NCBI GenBank assembly: GCA_000708835.1
Contig: DF237197.1
Span: forward strand, 60,496-124,495
Direction of reading: 5' to 3'
DNA length: 64,000 nt
From: Klebsormidium nitens
Lineage: Eukaryota; Plantae; Klebsormidiophyceae
Of the stretch, positions 1 to 13,793 are shown in pieces. A program made the translations under genes and the position numbers. The notes below the pieces were generated by a model. It was not told the DNA's origin, ran no database searches, and saw only the letters and a program-made list of their open reading frames with translations. Position 1 is the first letter of the stretch, and the number at the start of each line of letters is the position of its first letter.

Positions 1-3000
1 TCCCGAGCGAAGCCGCGGTCCGGACGTCCGATCGCAGGCTCTCGAATAGCCCCGTCCGTCCCGAAACCCTTCCCATGGTTTGGGCGCGCGTCAATGTTGA
101 AGAGCGGCTTGTCGCGAGCGCGCCCGCGCCCGCGGGCGCGGTTTGTGTCCGCAAGAACCGTCGGCCGCTCGCGCTGACGTCAGCCGCCGTCAGCAGTCGA
201 AGGCCGGTCCCCAAACCCCCAACAGTCTGATCTACGACGCGGCGGGTTTGCCTAAACCCTAGCGGGTGGCCGGTGACCCCCAGCAGCGCTTCCTGTTCCG
301 GTTCCGGCGGCGGTTCCGGTGTGAACAGGTCCCGCGGTCGGAAGCCGCTCTCGAGGGCGACCGTCCTCCGCGCGCACTGTAGCGCTTGTGTCGCCCTGTT
401 CACCCCTATTCCGCTCGCCGCCTCGCCGGAACGAAGAAGCGTTCCGCTGGAAGCGAGGGGTCTGCCGGTGTTTCGCAGGACACCGGTCAGGCGACCTGAG
501 AGCCCGAAAGCTTGGGAGGCGGTCGCCGAGAAGCCGCCGCGGGAGGAGCCAAACAGGTAGACGTTCTCTTGGATGCCCGCCTTGGCTAGGATTGTCGCCG
601 CGGCTTCGAGGTGCTCCAGCTCTTTCTGCTCGCGCACAGTCTGCATTCGAGGATGGTCATAAATTGTTTGGGCCGTCAAACTTGGATGTCTGGATTGAGC
701 GTTCTACCTGATACGGGTCGCCTCTTCTACCAGACGTCTGCCAAACGCGATACGAGGCAATGGTTCCAAGAAATATCGATTGAAGGCAGGTGATTTATTT
801 CGAACGGAAGGCTGTTACATAAATCCAAGGGGATTCGTTTCAATTTCTATGTGGAAGCATATTGGTCATGGAAGGCTGATGCCTGCGACTAAGGAAGCAT
901 CGTCTACAGGTGATGCCTAATCCAGAAGTTGTTTCCTTCCCATCTTAATCTATGCAAACGGCTGCATTGCTTTCGAGATAAGATGCTCATTTGAAGGTAA
1001 AAGGTCGTTCTTTGCATTATTATTTTTGTGGACCCTGTCAGTTACCCTAGCTCTTATACTTAGACTCAAAAGTGGAATTATACGCAAGAGTCAGTGGTGA
1101 ACAGGAGAAAGGGACTGTGGATCAGCTACGAGAACATCTTTCCAGGATTGGTTGAGCAGGGAGAATGCCTGTTTTCCTGTCGTAACCTGTCGTATGTGTA
1201 TCATGTTCTCCTGCGTAACGAGCATGAGAGTTCCCCGTCAGAAGCTGTTCTGACTACACGATCTAGTCAATCTTACATGTCAATGTCAGAGGAAAAGAAA
1301 TTAAACGCAACTTGTGACCTACCTGGACATAAAGTGCATCCTCCCTGTTCTCATCTCCCCTCCTCTCTTCCACCTTCGCCGTTTCCTCCTCGACTTCTCT
1401 CTTCTTCTCCTCCACCACTCGTTCCACCGCCGTCTTCCCAAGCACCCCCTCTTCCTCCGTCTGCGTCGTCGCCGCGCGCGCGCCGCGCGCGGCCGCGTGG
1501 TGCGCGCGCCGAACGCTTTTCCGAGGCGCCGGACGGTCCTTTTGGACGTATTCAGGGACGATCGTCGCGGCCGCGCCCGCGCTCTCGTCGCCGCTGCTGT
1601 ACATCTCCCCGGAGGAGCGCTCCAGCTCCCCGTCCTCCGCGGCCGCGCACGCGCGCGCGCTGGCGGCCCTCAGCGCGCGCGAAACCTCCAGGTTCGGAGA
1701 GGTCTGGAGGTTCTGGTCGACCTGCGGCGGGAATTCCGCCTGGATCGCCACGGTTTTCCCGCGTTCCGTTTTGGATCTTGTGGCTTTCGGAGCGCTCCTT
1801 GAAGATGCACTTCTCTCTTTCTTGGGGGCTCTTGCCCTGCTTTTGGAAGGCGACAACTTGCCCCCCGGCACGACCAAACTCCTAATCTTCTCGAGGATGG
1901 CCTTCTCATTGCTGGCCCCTTCTTCCTCTGTCTCCGAACCGCTCCCGGCTGGACTCTCTATGCTCAACGCCGCCTTTTCGCGACCGGTTGAAGCCGACCG
2001 GTTCTTCTTGGAACCTCGCACGGACCTGCCCACGTCACTTGACACGTGGCGGCCCGTCGAAGCGCCCGCCACGCTCGCGCACGACTCCGCCTGGCTAACG
2101 GAGCCGCGCGCTTCGGCGCCCGCGGCAACCTCCAAACCCCGGCTAAAACCTCGCGACCCGCGCCGGCTTGCGGGCGACAGGACGGAGAGCGGCGTAGAGC
2201 TCGCGCTTGCGCTCTCGCGCTTACCGTTGGGAACCTCCAGGGCGACAAGAGATTCTTCTGAGGAGTCTGAGCTGTCGCCGTCGTCCGCTTCGGTACCGAT
2301 GGAACGCACCGGTTGAGGCCCGGGTGACGCTTTGCTGACGTCAGCTATCTGTGCGCCTTCGATCTGTGACTTCGTCTCATGTGTTACCCGTTCTTGTGAT
2401 TGAGGAACTGAATCTGTGGTGGCGTTAGCTGGCTCTCCTTGGCCGTACTCCCACAGGAGTCGTTCAAGTTCGGACAGGAAGGCCGTACGGACTGGGTCGA
2501 CGTCGGTATCCAAAGGCTGCACGAAATGTCCGGGAATGATCATTCATCCAATATTTGTCAGATTTCTGGTATTGCATCATTAGGTTGCTTCTCTTCTGTT
2601 CTGTAACATTGCCCGAGGAATAACAGAAGGAAACAGAAAGCAAACCGACGCGTGTGAAAATCTACGGACGCCCCGCTTGAGAACTTTTTGCACATCATAA
2701 TAATATTCTTTGCTTTATCTTTTGCTTTATCCACTAGAGATCTGAAGTATAATACTCAGAGGGGAAGTACTCATCGGCACGTCCAATAGCTGGGCTGCCT
2801 ACCCAGTATGCTGTACCAAGACCGGCATTCGTTTCGCTCACTAGGAATAAAGCCGGGAAATCTTACCAGTTCAAATCCGTTCATTCCGCTTCCGCCGTTC
2901 CGGCCGACTGTGAGCGTGGTGTAAGAGACCCGCCGCATGCCCTCCAGAGTGGCGGTGGTTGACAGGGAGGACCGGCCCTTGGGAATACGCCGCTCCTGTT

Positions 3001-6000
3001 TGCAGAAAACGTCGAACAGGTTGGTTGACGGTGAATATTTAGCGCCAACAAAGAACGGTAATTATGTGAAATATAGAGGAAAAAGCACTCTCCCTTAAAT
3101 TTGAGAGAAGAACCACTCTTCTTAAGACGTATATGTACTTTGGTCCTAGTGATTGGTATTGTAAGCTCGTAGAACTTGGGCGTCTTACTTTTGAGGGGAT
3201 TTGCTTGTTCATGTGCTGACGTCGCTTGACGTCGCTTGATGCGAGCGAATGTGAAGCAGGCAAGCCCTGATGACAACTGTCTTAAAGCTCGAAAGGGTGA
3301 CAACGTCACTTTGATGTGAAAAGAAGAGTTCAGATCGAAATTGCATACAACACTTATTCGGATTCAGAAGACCTCAATTATGAGGGTGAATCATTGTTGA
3401 ACAAGTCCGAGATGGCAAGCTTGGAAAACAAATGAAGAGCAGAAAGTTGCAAGGGGCTTCGGAAGAGAAGTATATTTACTTTTGGTGTCCATTTTGCAGA
3501 CGATCAAAACTCCTCCAACTGGCGCGTGCAGTTCATCGGTCAGTGTGAATTTTGGAAGAAATGAGGGCTTCCACATTTACCTCAACGCCACATAAAGCGA
3601 CCAGAAACTTCCAAATACTGGGATTTGCATTAAGACTTGAACCGGTAAGTCGATAACGCGTAGTCGCCGGACGGCTTTTTTAGCGGCGGGACTTGTCAGA
3701 GAAAATCGACTTGAGATCACTATCGTCAACTGTCGAGTTTTGAGCCAGGATGCAGTTGCTATGAAAGAGTTGCCGCTCAGTGAGGTAAGGATGACGTAGG
3801 TTGAACGACCCGTTTCAAGTCCACGGAGGCACAGCCGGTCGGTTGCGCTCACCAGGAACTCGACAACGCGCGGCTCTTTCGTCTTTAGGCTCGCGCACAC
3901 CGCCACCACCGTCGCTTGGAGCTCGCGCGCGGGGTGGTACCTGCGCGCGCAGAAAGTGTCGTTTACTTTGAGAACTGTTCTCACTGGTTTGAGTACACTT
4001 CTGGTAGATATTCGTTCTTCCGATCACCGTTTCTGTTACTTGCAAGTGGTACGACGTCCGTAAGACTGCAAGACCGTGGGAAGAGCTGCGACCTGCACCG
4101 TTCCGCACATGCCAAACGTTTCCAAAACTTGATTCAGATCGAGGAGATCAGACTTTTGTTTTCCCGTTCCTAAAAGTGAGTGGCTCGGCTAACCGTTATC
4201 AATCCTAGACGCAGGATTGTCGTTGAACTATTTAACAAACATCGCTTTCAGTATAGATCGGCAGACAATTTCCACGTTTTCACTGTTAACAACCCGTCAG
4301 GGCCACCTTCTTTAGAGAATAACATGGTGTCGATCCATGTCGATTTATTATGAACATTGATGTGACGGACGCCTTATTCTTACCTGTCACCAACCAGCAG
4401 TCTGCAGGCCCAGCCCGCTATGTCCCGCTCTAGTTCGTCCGGCGTCCCGGGCGCCGTCGCGAGAGTGTGAATAATCTCCCTGTGCTTTGTACACATCGCA
4501 GGCAGCGTTGCGCGGCAGTGCAGGTACCATGCCACGTGGCGCAGCCGGTCAAGGGCGGTGTGAATGCTCTCTCGGAGAGTCTCGTCTTCCAAGGCCAAGG
4601 GTGGTGGAATATTGAGCTGGCCGCCGTGCAGATCCTGTGACAAGAAGAAAGGCGCTAAAAAGGAATGCAATTTTCGCCAAGGACTTCTGGTTTAGCATCT
4701 GAGATGATCACTCTACCTGAAGTCTCGACAAGTGTCCTGAGGTCTGCTCGTCTCAGGGGTCTCGCACACCTGGCAGAATCTCAATGGTTTTCAACGCTTT
4801 GATGTGTCCTCAAGGGTTCTCATGCCAGTACCTCTTCAGTTTCTCCTTACAAACGTTCAGTAGCACGTGCACGTGCGACTAGACCAGAGGCTGAGACTCC
4901 AGGATACAGGATGCACTTCCCATTTCTCGCAAGAGAAAGGCCGTAAGGAAACGAGAAAATTATCAGCATCCTTTTGAGCAAATCCTCATTTGTTCTTGGG
5001 TCAAGATCTTACCAGAGACTGGCAAAGGAACGGCCGCAAAGTCCTTAGCAGAACCGCCAGGGTTTTGCGCAGGGCGGCCGCGGTTTTGGCTTCGGACGCG
5101 GGCTCTCCTTGGTCCCCATCCAAGGCCCGCCTGTTTGGACGTCCGGTGTTCAGAACGGGCAGGGCACGTGCGCGCCGGAGGATCCGCTCGTCCAAATTTT
5201 CAAGGGCCTGCAATGAATAGAGAGGCTTGCGTACTAGTGAAGATAATCCAGAGGCACGCATACGTTTATCTTAGATACTTGGTATTTTAGCTCATACCCA
5301 AATGATCCCCCGGCCAAATGGATAGGTGTGGATATGTTGCGTGAAAGCTGCTTTCTTCTAGTTCGTCTGGTGAAATCTGCTGTCTTCTAGGCAGGACGTC
5401 ACTTCTGGTGTCTCCCGTCCGTCTTCGGACATACGACTTGAATTTACAACTCAGCGTTTACCATGTTCGGACGTTCAACCTCCGGAAAAAGTTTTGTCCC
5501 CTATTTGTTTATGGTTCAGTAGAAGCCCTGAAGCAAGATTGAGCCAAAATATCCTTAATAGGACGCTGATCCTGGTGGTGCTGTTGGTCAGGCCACCTGT
5601 ACTGATCATCGAGCAATAAAATGAGAACGCTCACCTTTCGGACGAGCTCTTTCCCGTCCGCGCCCGCCCCGAGCAGCCTCTCCGCGAGCTCCAGCACGTC
5701 CGCAAGCTCGTCAACGTCGGCCCGCCTCGCGGCCGCGTCCAGGGCCGCCGAGACAATCGCGACCGCGGCCGCGGCGAAAGCGGCCCCGTCGCGCCCGGGC
5801 CCTTGGAGCTCGCGCGCAATCCTGGATAGATTAATGAAGACGACATCAGAGAGGGTTTGTCCACCTTATGCGTCATCGTGCGTGGCCGTTTCTATGATTG
5901 ACACGGGATGATAGCGCGCTGGACGCGAGGGGCGTTACGCTCGCACTTTCGCTTCGTCCTTGCAAGGGGTCTAAGCGCTTGAGAATTGGTCATACTTACA

Positions 6001-9000
6001 CCTTCCATTCAATATCCAGAATATGCTCCTCGAATCATAGATAAATTGCTTCTCTGCCCATTCCTTCCTTCCTGCCAGTAGGATCAGGAAGCATTTAGCG
6101 TCTTTGATTGTTAAGTTGCAAGCCGAGGTGACACGTTCCCACCACCCTAACACTCTATCAGCTCTACCATTCGTTTAGTCAAATGACTTGGTACAGGCGA
6201 AAAAAGTCTTTTACAACGTATTACTCTGCACGAGTGTTTGGTGAGGCCAAGGCCCGTTCTTGGGGTTATGAGTCGTTGCTCGGAGTGGAAAAGCTCATAA
6301 CCATATGTAAACTTTGAGACAAGACAGCACAATGGACGACGCTTTGCTTACTCCATTGCCGTTTCTGCCGCCTGTCGCCAGTCGCCCGCCCCACGGAGCA
6401 GCCCCGCGGCCGCCTCGCGCTCCCCGCCCTTCACCAGCCAGTCCACCGCGGCCGCAATCGCCCAGAAGCGCCGCCGCTCAAGTTTCCTCGCACTCAGCTC
6501 CTCGGGAGATCGTTCCCCGAGCTGGTACCCGGCTTTTTCCTGAGCTTGACTGCCCTCGGTTGATAGCGCCGGGTCGATTCGGCCGTTTCCGTGTCTCTGG
6601 AAGACGATGCGCGCCGCCAGATCGAAAGCGGGATCGGCTATGCCCTGCGGGCCATCGCTTATCGGGTTGCTTTCGGCGAAGGACGGCCGTCGCGAGGTTA
6701 CGGCGGGATTTGAGAACGGCGTCGCATTCTCTTTTTGGTTTTCGCTTAGACTCGATGGTTTCTTGCTAACCGGATGGCTCTCTCCCCCGGGGGCTTCTGC
6801 GGATGGTCTTGCAGGGACACTATCTGCCAGAGCCTCACCCGCTTTGTCTTGTCTCGGGTTAGAGTTAACCTCCGGCGCACTCGCCCCCAACTCAAAATGC
6901 GCGACTCCCTGCGCGAAGCTCTGAGGATCGACGCGCACTCTCCGCCCGTCGAACCCGAGGCCCCGCCAGGAAAGCGGCGAGGGAAACGCAAGCTTTGCAT
7001 CATATTGGGCTTCCGCGACCTTTTCTGAAACAGGGCCTCCAGCGGAGATGATATGACTCCAGGCCGCCATGAGTAGCCCGAACTCTCTGCACATCGAAGC
7101 GAACACGGCTGCCACCACCCGTGGATGCTTTCGACACTGCGCCCTTAAAACCGTTCGATACGCGTCCGCCGCTTCTCCGCCGTCCGATGAATCCCGCTTG
7201 CCTTTCGCACCGTCCGATTCGCGCCCCGCCTTTTCACACAGGTCCTCCGCCAGGTGCATCACGCCCACGGCCGCGCTGACGTCACACCGGTGCACGTGTA
7301 CGGCCAGGACACGTGGCAAGCCCAGGACGCCCGCGCGCGCGTACGCGGCCGCGGCTGCGTCCTCCTGTCCGAGAAGGAAGTGCTCGTCGCCGTCCGAAAC
7401 CGCCGCTTGCGCTTCGGACGCGAGCGAATCCACCTCGCCTTCCAGCTTAGGATCGGTACCATGTCCGAGCTTCTTTTCTCCTGACGCCGTTTCGACACCT
7501 GCCCGGCGCAGGGCCTCGGTCACGATGACGTCAGCCAGCTCCCCCGGTTCTATCTTCTCGAGTTCTGAGTGCCCGTCGTCGAGAATCGGTCCCCCGGCGG
7601 CCCAGAAGGCCAGCATCCTTTGACCCGATTCTGAGAGGACAATCTCTTCTTTCCTGTCCCCCCCTTTGACTCGCCCCTTCTGCCGCGCGAGATGCGCGAT
7701 CAGCTTCCACACACCGCGCGTCCGTTCGTGGCGACACTCCGCCGGTGCCTCAGTCCCGCTGAGTCGCCGTTCTTTGGAATCTCCCGGGGACAGTGCCGTT
7801 CCGTCGAGGACCGGAAGGACGGCGCAGCAGAGGTGCAGCGCACAACGCAGGTGACCCGCTGTGAGACGAAAACACAAGCTTTACAGTTGAGGATTTCAAG
7901 GCAAAGGAAAATTCAGATGACGCAAGATGAAGCTGTGACCGCTGTTTTTCAAACACAAGCTTCGCTTCGACTCATTTCGCAAGACCGTCCCGCTTCTTTT
8001 CTCTTGGATCGTCAGTCATATTGCACAACAATCGTCGTCAAAAGTCCAAGGGAGGGAGCGACAGAGATTCTATCTGTTTTCACCTACAGAATGGCACGAC
8101 CAAAGTACCGATTCTAACTCACCTTCAAAGAGGCTCTCCACCAGCTCCTGCAACGTCAGCCATAGCGCGGGGCGGCTGGTCCGGTAGCGCGTGTCCAGGC
8201 GCGCCGCGGCCGCCATCGCGTCCGCCGCCACGCGCACGTGCCTCTGACACGTGTGGCCATCGGGCGGCGCCAAGGAAGCGAGTGCAGCGCACAGCTGTCG
8301 CAAGTGAGAGGATGGTGAGCTCTTATCGGAAGTGGATCAAACAGAAGGGTGCCAAAGATAAATCTCTTCCTTCGTCTTTCTGACACAGCTTGGAGTTCGG
8401 ATGTCGAGAAGGTAGGCGCTTGTGGGAAATGGTGGCAAATTGGCGCGCTGGGAGCCCGAGGTTGTAAAAATTTCGTCTGGAATGTTCCCTACCCGCCCTT
8501 CTAGCAGTCCACAGAAGTAGCCTCACTCAGGGGGCAAGCCTAGGCTGGAAAACCATTCCGCACCGGATTCTGACCCGCCACAGCGATCGTGAAGACTCGT
8601 GCGATGGACGGAGGGGCTCAAGTGACTTCTGCTTCAACTCGTTTCGTATTTCTGGATAGCTTTCCAGCGGTCGATGCAACCGCTAGCTGGGATCACCTCG
8701 GATCGGACGGCCAGGAGCGCGCCCTGGTAGTAGCCCTTGCCATCGCAGCGGTCGCCAAGTGGCAGCACGGCAGCCGTTCGCCACGTCAGCCCTGCCCTCA
8801 CGGCGGGGCTTTTGTCCACGTGGAGAGGTAACACGTTCTCTGCACAACCGCTTTGAAATATGAAGGGTCCAGCCAAGATACAGAACCAGAGTTTCAAGGC
8901 TTTTAACTGCATATATTGGATCTTGGCAAAGGCTCGTGAGTCGTATACGTCCCCCACGATTCTGGCGGTTGCATCGTTCGAAGGTGAAACACTGCGTAGT

Positions 9001-12000
9001 GACCAGAGGTGGATGAAAGTTTGTCGGCGATTGCCTGGGAGTGAGATTCCAAAGGGCCTCCGCAGAATCCGCAAAGGCCTCATGCGCACTTCAAAAAAAG
9101 ACTTCCGTATTGCCCACTCATTCGTCAGTAGGTACACAACTTTCAGTCCCCTTCACGACTTTGGCTATTCAGCTTCTACGAGCGAGGTGTCCCTACATCA
9201 AAAAGATGAAGCCTCTGACGCCGCGTTTGGGAATCTCCCTGGAGCACATTATGATATAATTGTAACTTATCATACATGGGGGTGGGGCTATGATCTGGGA
9301 GCATAAGGAACTTTGGTGCCCGCTAATGATCCCTACCCAACCTCCGTGTTTATCATTGCCTTCGTCGCTGCTCCACCTATGAGATATGGCAGGCGTAGTT
9401 TCGATCTACAGCTAGCCTCTGCGTGCGCTTCAGATCTTCTAGTTGAGCACTTGACCTTTGTCCCACTAATCACCCGCTCGCTTTGTGGTGGCCGAACACC
9501 TTAGAAGTTTGAAAACCAAGAAAGTTAATGAGAGGCCCATCCTATAAATTCTAGGTCCGCTCGACATCGCCAACGAAAACCTTGCTGATACTTTGAAGAG
9601 TCCCACAATTGTTCCTGTAAGATCAAAGCGCAGAGTATCTCACCGACCGCCTCTCCTGTCGCAGTCGCCATCAGCATGGACGCACTGTACTCGGTTCCGA
9701 TCCCAGGCACCGTCCACACCGCCACGTGTTTCCCCCTAGATATCGTCACGTGTACGCTTGCGCCGCCCCCTCCCAAGCTCGTGCTCGGGTATATACACAG
9801 GGAGTACGGCTCCGCTGCCCTCTCTGCTTTCGCTGTGATCGAGCCCGCCTCCTGACCGGAACGGCCGGAACCGGAGCTCCGGCCGAGGCTGAAGAACGTC
9901 CGGAACGGGCTCGTACTGCGCGCAGCGCGTTTTGGACCGTTGGTTTCGCCGCCTACCGTGTCTGTCCGACCTCTTCCGCCGGATTCCGCCAGCGTTCCGC
10001 TCGAGCTCCGCCGGAGCTTGCCGGTGGTCCCGGCCTTGACCTTGTCCGGGTCCCACAAACCCTGCGTCCAAACCTCTTTCCTCAAGTACTTCTGCGGGCC
10101 CGTATCGGACGGTCCGGTATTCCGATTCGGCGCTTTCGTACGTCCGAAAAACGAACGCAGGGAGGGCTTCGTGCTGCTGACAGCGGACCCTGAAAGTGCG
10201 CCCTCGATCACCGTCATAACCCTTCCCAGCCTGTCAAACAGTGCCACGTGTCCTGCCGTGTCAACCGCAGCCAGGATCGCGCCACGTGGCGGCGCCCAAG
10301 CGACACCGCAGATCTCTGGGAAAGCGGTGGTGCGCTGCGAGGACGACGCGGAGGGCGCACCACGTGTCGCGGTCCTGTTCGCCGGAGGGGAGAAGAGGCC
10401 GCCCGAGGCTGTCGCCTGCGGCTCGTGGGTTGGGGACAGAACGCCCCGGAAAAGCACCCCCGCTGCAGTGCCGTCGTCTGCGCTTTGGAAAGTTGGCGAC
10501 AAAATTCCCCCCGACTGATTCGCACCATTACTCTGCATAGACAGAAGTGCGCCGCCGCTGCCCGTCCGTTGCAGAGACCCTTTCTCCGTCCCTTGACTCT
10601 TTTCCGGGCTCTTTCTCCCGAGACCCAAAACCTCCTTTTCCCAGTCAACTTCCCCAACCGTCTCGAGCTCGTGGTTTAGAATCAGTAGCCGGCCGGCCCT
10701 TCCTCCTCTGTTACTCTCCCCCCGCACCGCCACTGCCAAGAGCGCCCCGCTAGGGTCCCATTCTAAAGCGAGCGTTTCGCTCGCACGGCGGCGCCACTCC
10801 TCGCATTCGGGGGTGCCGAGACAGCCCGGAAAGGACCCCATGGGAACGTCGTTTTCGCCTGACTCCGCAAAAGGACCGCTCGATTCTAAAGCCGTTTCTA
10901 TAGTCCCAAAAGTCGTGCAGGAAAAGACTTTCTGCTGGCGGGGTCCGATACGTTTGACCGTCCAAACGTGGTATTCGTCCCGCTGTATTCGAACCAAAGG
11001 TCCGGACAAATCCGCACCAGAGACTGGGTCTGCTTCCTGTGCGGAAGTGTCCGTAAAAAGTCCTGCCGTCTCTGGCCCTATTGATCTTTCCAACTTTGTC
11101 GTCACCTCGTCATCTGGCTCGCCGGAAACTCTAGTTAACCCCTCTCCTGACCCGTCCCCGTCCTGTAACCCCTCCACTACTCCTTCTGCATCTCCTTTCT
11201 CCACCCCTGCTTTGCGTTGGGTGCTTTCCTCGTCTCCCTCTCGTTTTGACAGATCGTCACTGCCCTTTCCGTCTCCCAATGTGGAAGCGCTTCCAGTGTC
11301 TGACGTCATCAAGTCGGACCCCTGTCGACAGTCAGCAGGCGATAGCGGTTTGATGTGACATGCCGCCACGGTGACGTCCAACACTCCCCCGCAGCAGCCG
11401 CAGTGCACCCCCGCCGATGCGCCCAATCCTTCACCCTCTTGCATGTGCTCGCTGATGCTGGCAAAGGCCAGTGATATCGAACGGCCGACAATCACATCCG
11501 TGTGGAATCGGACGGTCGGAAACCTAGTTTCGAGACCCTTATCAAGCCCTTTGGAGAGCAGCGCCGAATGCGCACTCTCAAGGGAAGCTTGATCCGCGGA
11601 GACGTCGGCAGTCTCTTCCAATGTCTGAGAAGCACAGGGCTGAGGAGTGGTTTCTCCATCAGGCCCAATGTCCCGCCACAGCCCGTTTAGAAACGGTAGC
11701 TTCAGCTCGCTCTCCCCCACTCTGCGCGCCCCTTGCACTGACGAGCTAGTTCTAAACGAGCATCTCTGACAGTGCACACCTCCGCAGGCGTGCAACTCGT
11801 CCGCTTCCCATGCGGACAGCTGGCGATCCGTCCGAAGCCCCACGACGGACCTGCCGTCGTCCGAAACGGCCAGCCACAGCCAGTCCTCCCCAGGAACCCC
11901 TTCAGGCTTCCCCTCGCTTTCACTTCTGGCATTCCGCTGCGTTCCTGTCGAAAGTGTCTCCTCAACAGGCCGATCGTAGACCGCTGATTCTGCACTCGTA

Positions 12001-12987
12001 CCCCTTTCAGAATTGTCGGTCCCATTGAGAGCTGCATTGCCAACAGATGGGCCAGACTCTGGTGCAGCACTTTTACCAATTGGTAAATGCCACTCAATCA
12101 CGTGCGCTTTGCTTTTGCCTCGTTCCGGGCTCCGGTCCCAGATTGCAAGCCACCTCCGCCAGGGGGATGCGCCAGGCAGCGGTGGGAGGGGGGTGACTGC
12201 GAACCGGCCATTCTCGGATGTCCACACTCTCCCAGTCTGTTTCAGGGCAAAGGAGAGGGTGGTGTGAATTAGAAGGGCCGACAATCTGGGTGGTTTGAAA
12301 TCGGTTCAATAAAACCTGAGAATTCCAGCACACAGATAGCCATGATGGTATGGTTTAAAAGCCTGGAAAAGAGAGTACTGTCAAGAAAGGACGAGAATGT
12401 TGACTTGATCCATTGAATCAAGTGCCCCGGCGTCAAGGAGGCGCTGAAATGCAAAGAGGTACAGATTATGCGTACCACCAAAGTGGTATTGGTGATTCAA
12501 AGTTTCTGCTAGGTGGTAGACGAAATTCCTTCGAGCAACAGAGGTGAGACTTTTACTTTCTGCTAGGTGGTATTTTCTTCGAGCAACAGAGGTGAGGTTT
12601 AAAACTTTTTGCTAGGTGGTAGAAAACGTTTCTTTGAGCAACAGAAGCTTCCGACATACATATTTCTCAGAAGTACGTCACCTGAATGTTGGAGAGCTCT
12701 TTTGGCTTTCCAATCGCCTCCCCATGCACCGACACGAGCCCCTTCCTTCTTCCATCCTCCACAATTGCTGGGGCTTGGACCGTCCCCAAGACACTCCCGT
12801 CCTCAGCCAGCTGAACCAACCGAAGCCCTGAGCTTCTTTCATTCCTCCCTAGCTTCTTGCATCCTCCCAGCACCTGGGGAGCTCTACCGACCACTCTCTT
12901 TCCCCAGTCATGCCCCTGCACTCCTTGAGATTCCGGCACCTTCCCGCTGACTTTGAGAAAGCAAGCGGGCCGCAGAGAGAGCAACAT
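1..12987 (-). CDS. Large multi-exon WD40/beta-propeller + helical protein, CPLANE1 (JBTS17/C5orf42)-like; 3' end lies beyond window start
   Basis: Phase-consistent exons: 12987-12682 (MLLSLRP...SNIQ), 12236-9644, ~8294-8124, ~7860-6353, 5826-5634, ~5230-5030, ~4640-4386, ~2560-1323 and 640-<1 (TVREQKELEHLEAAA..., frame open to the edge). Motifs WLWLAVSDDGRSVVGLRTDRQLSAWE, LEWDPSGALLAVAV, ICGVAWAPPRGAILAAVDTAGHVALFDRLGRVMTV, YSLCIYPS..VTISRGKHVAVW and AAGLLRGAGDWRQAA occur in the same order as recalled CPLANE1 blocks. Several internal exons are unresolved. Confidence 0.6.
12503..12650. repeat. Three ~50-bp degenerate tandem repeats in intron 1 of the CPLANE1-like gene
   Basis: Unit ttctgctaggtggta...ttcttcgagcaacagaggtgag is seen three times. 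Confidence 0.85.
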
Positions 12988-13793
12988 CGTGCCAAGCTGC
13001 CTGTGGATCACAGGGCAGCTGGCAGGGAGCTGGCTATTCAGGTGACAGAGACACAGCTGCAGGTTCCATCATGCAGAGCTCAGCGTTAGGAGACAATCTG
13101 CTGGCCAGGTAGCTTCAAATTCAAGTTGGTCCCTACGTAACTCGCCCCTTTTGGCGCCAACTTCCTCCAACCAGCATCACTACCCATTGGCTTCACTTCC
13201 TGCATTCAAGTTCAACAGTGCGCAATCAGGTACCGGTACTCATCAACTGCTGATGCATAGGGGTCAAAGTACTAATCAGAGCTAGCTTGTACTACACACT
13301 CTCCCGCTGGTCTACAACCGTCGATGACTAGAATCAACGGTTCAGATGAAGGAGACGGGCTGATAGAGACGGTATAGTTCCGGGTCCAGCTTCATTTGCA
13401 TGCTTGTCGGCGACACCACCCCTTGGTAATGGAAATATGTCATTGTCGCTCAAAACATACCGGACTTCTCCTAATATGAGTTGCGTGCCCGCTCTAGATA
13501 GTCAAAGCCCTCAGCTGGCTGCCTTTGTCGTCTCTGCTGTGCATGTCGGACGTGCTGCATCGGGTGAGCTGCGCAGTGTGCATCGGGTGAGCGTGAGGGA
13601 GGGCGGCTGCTTCTGGTGGCATGCTGTAGCTTCACTCTGTCTTGCATACATCTGCCTCAAGATCCTCCAATCAGCAGAAGGCCCTTTTCCTGCAGCGGAC
13701 GGCATTGTCTTTCTCCCGGCTGCAAGCTCTGTGACTAGTGGCAGTTATCCTGCAACCTTCATACCTGAATCTGGGATTTTTGGGGTCGTTACG

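Noticed and set aside
253-262. Telobox / interstitial telomere motif AAACCCTA
   Set aside because: A single copy lying inside an open coding exon of the minus-strand gene.
8524-8535. 12-mer cactcagggggc shared with 53106
   Set aside because: Too short; expected by chance in 64 kb, and the flanks do not align.
9644-12236. WDPCP/Fritz as identity of the WD40 gene
   Set aside because: Only one generic WD block resembles it, whereas several ordered blocks and the later GDW motif fit CPLANE1 better. This is not formally excluded without a search.
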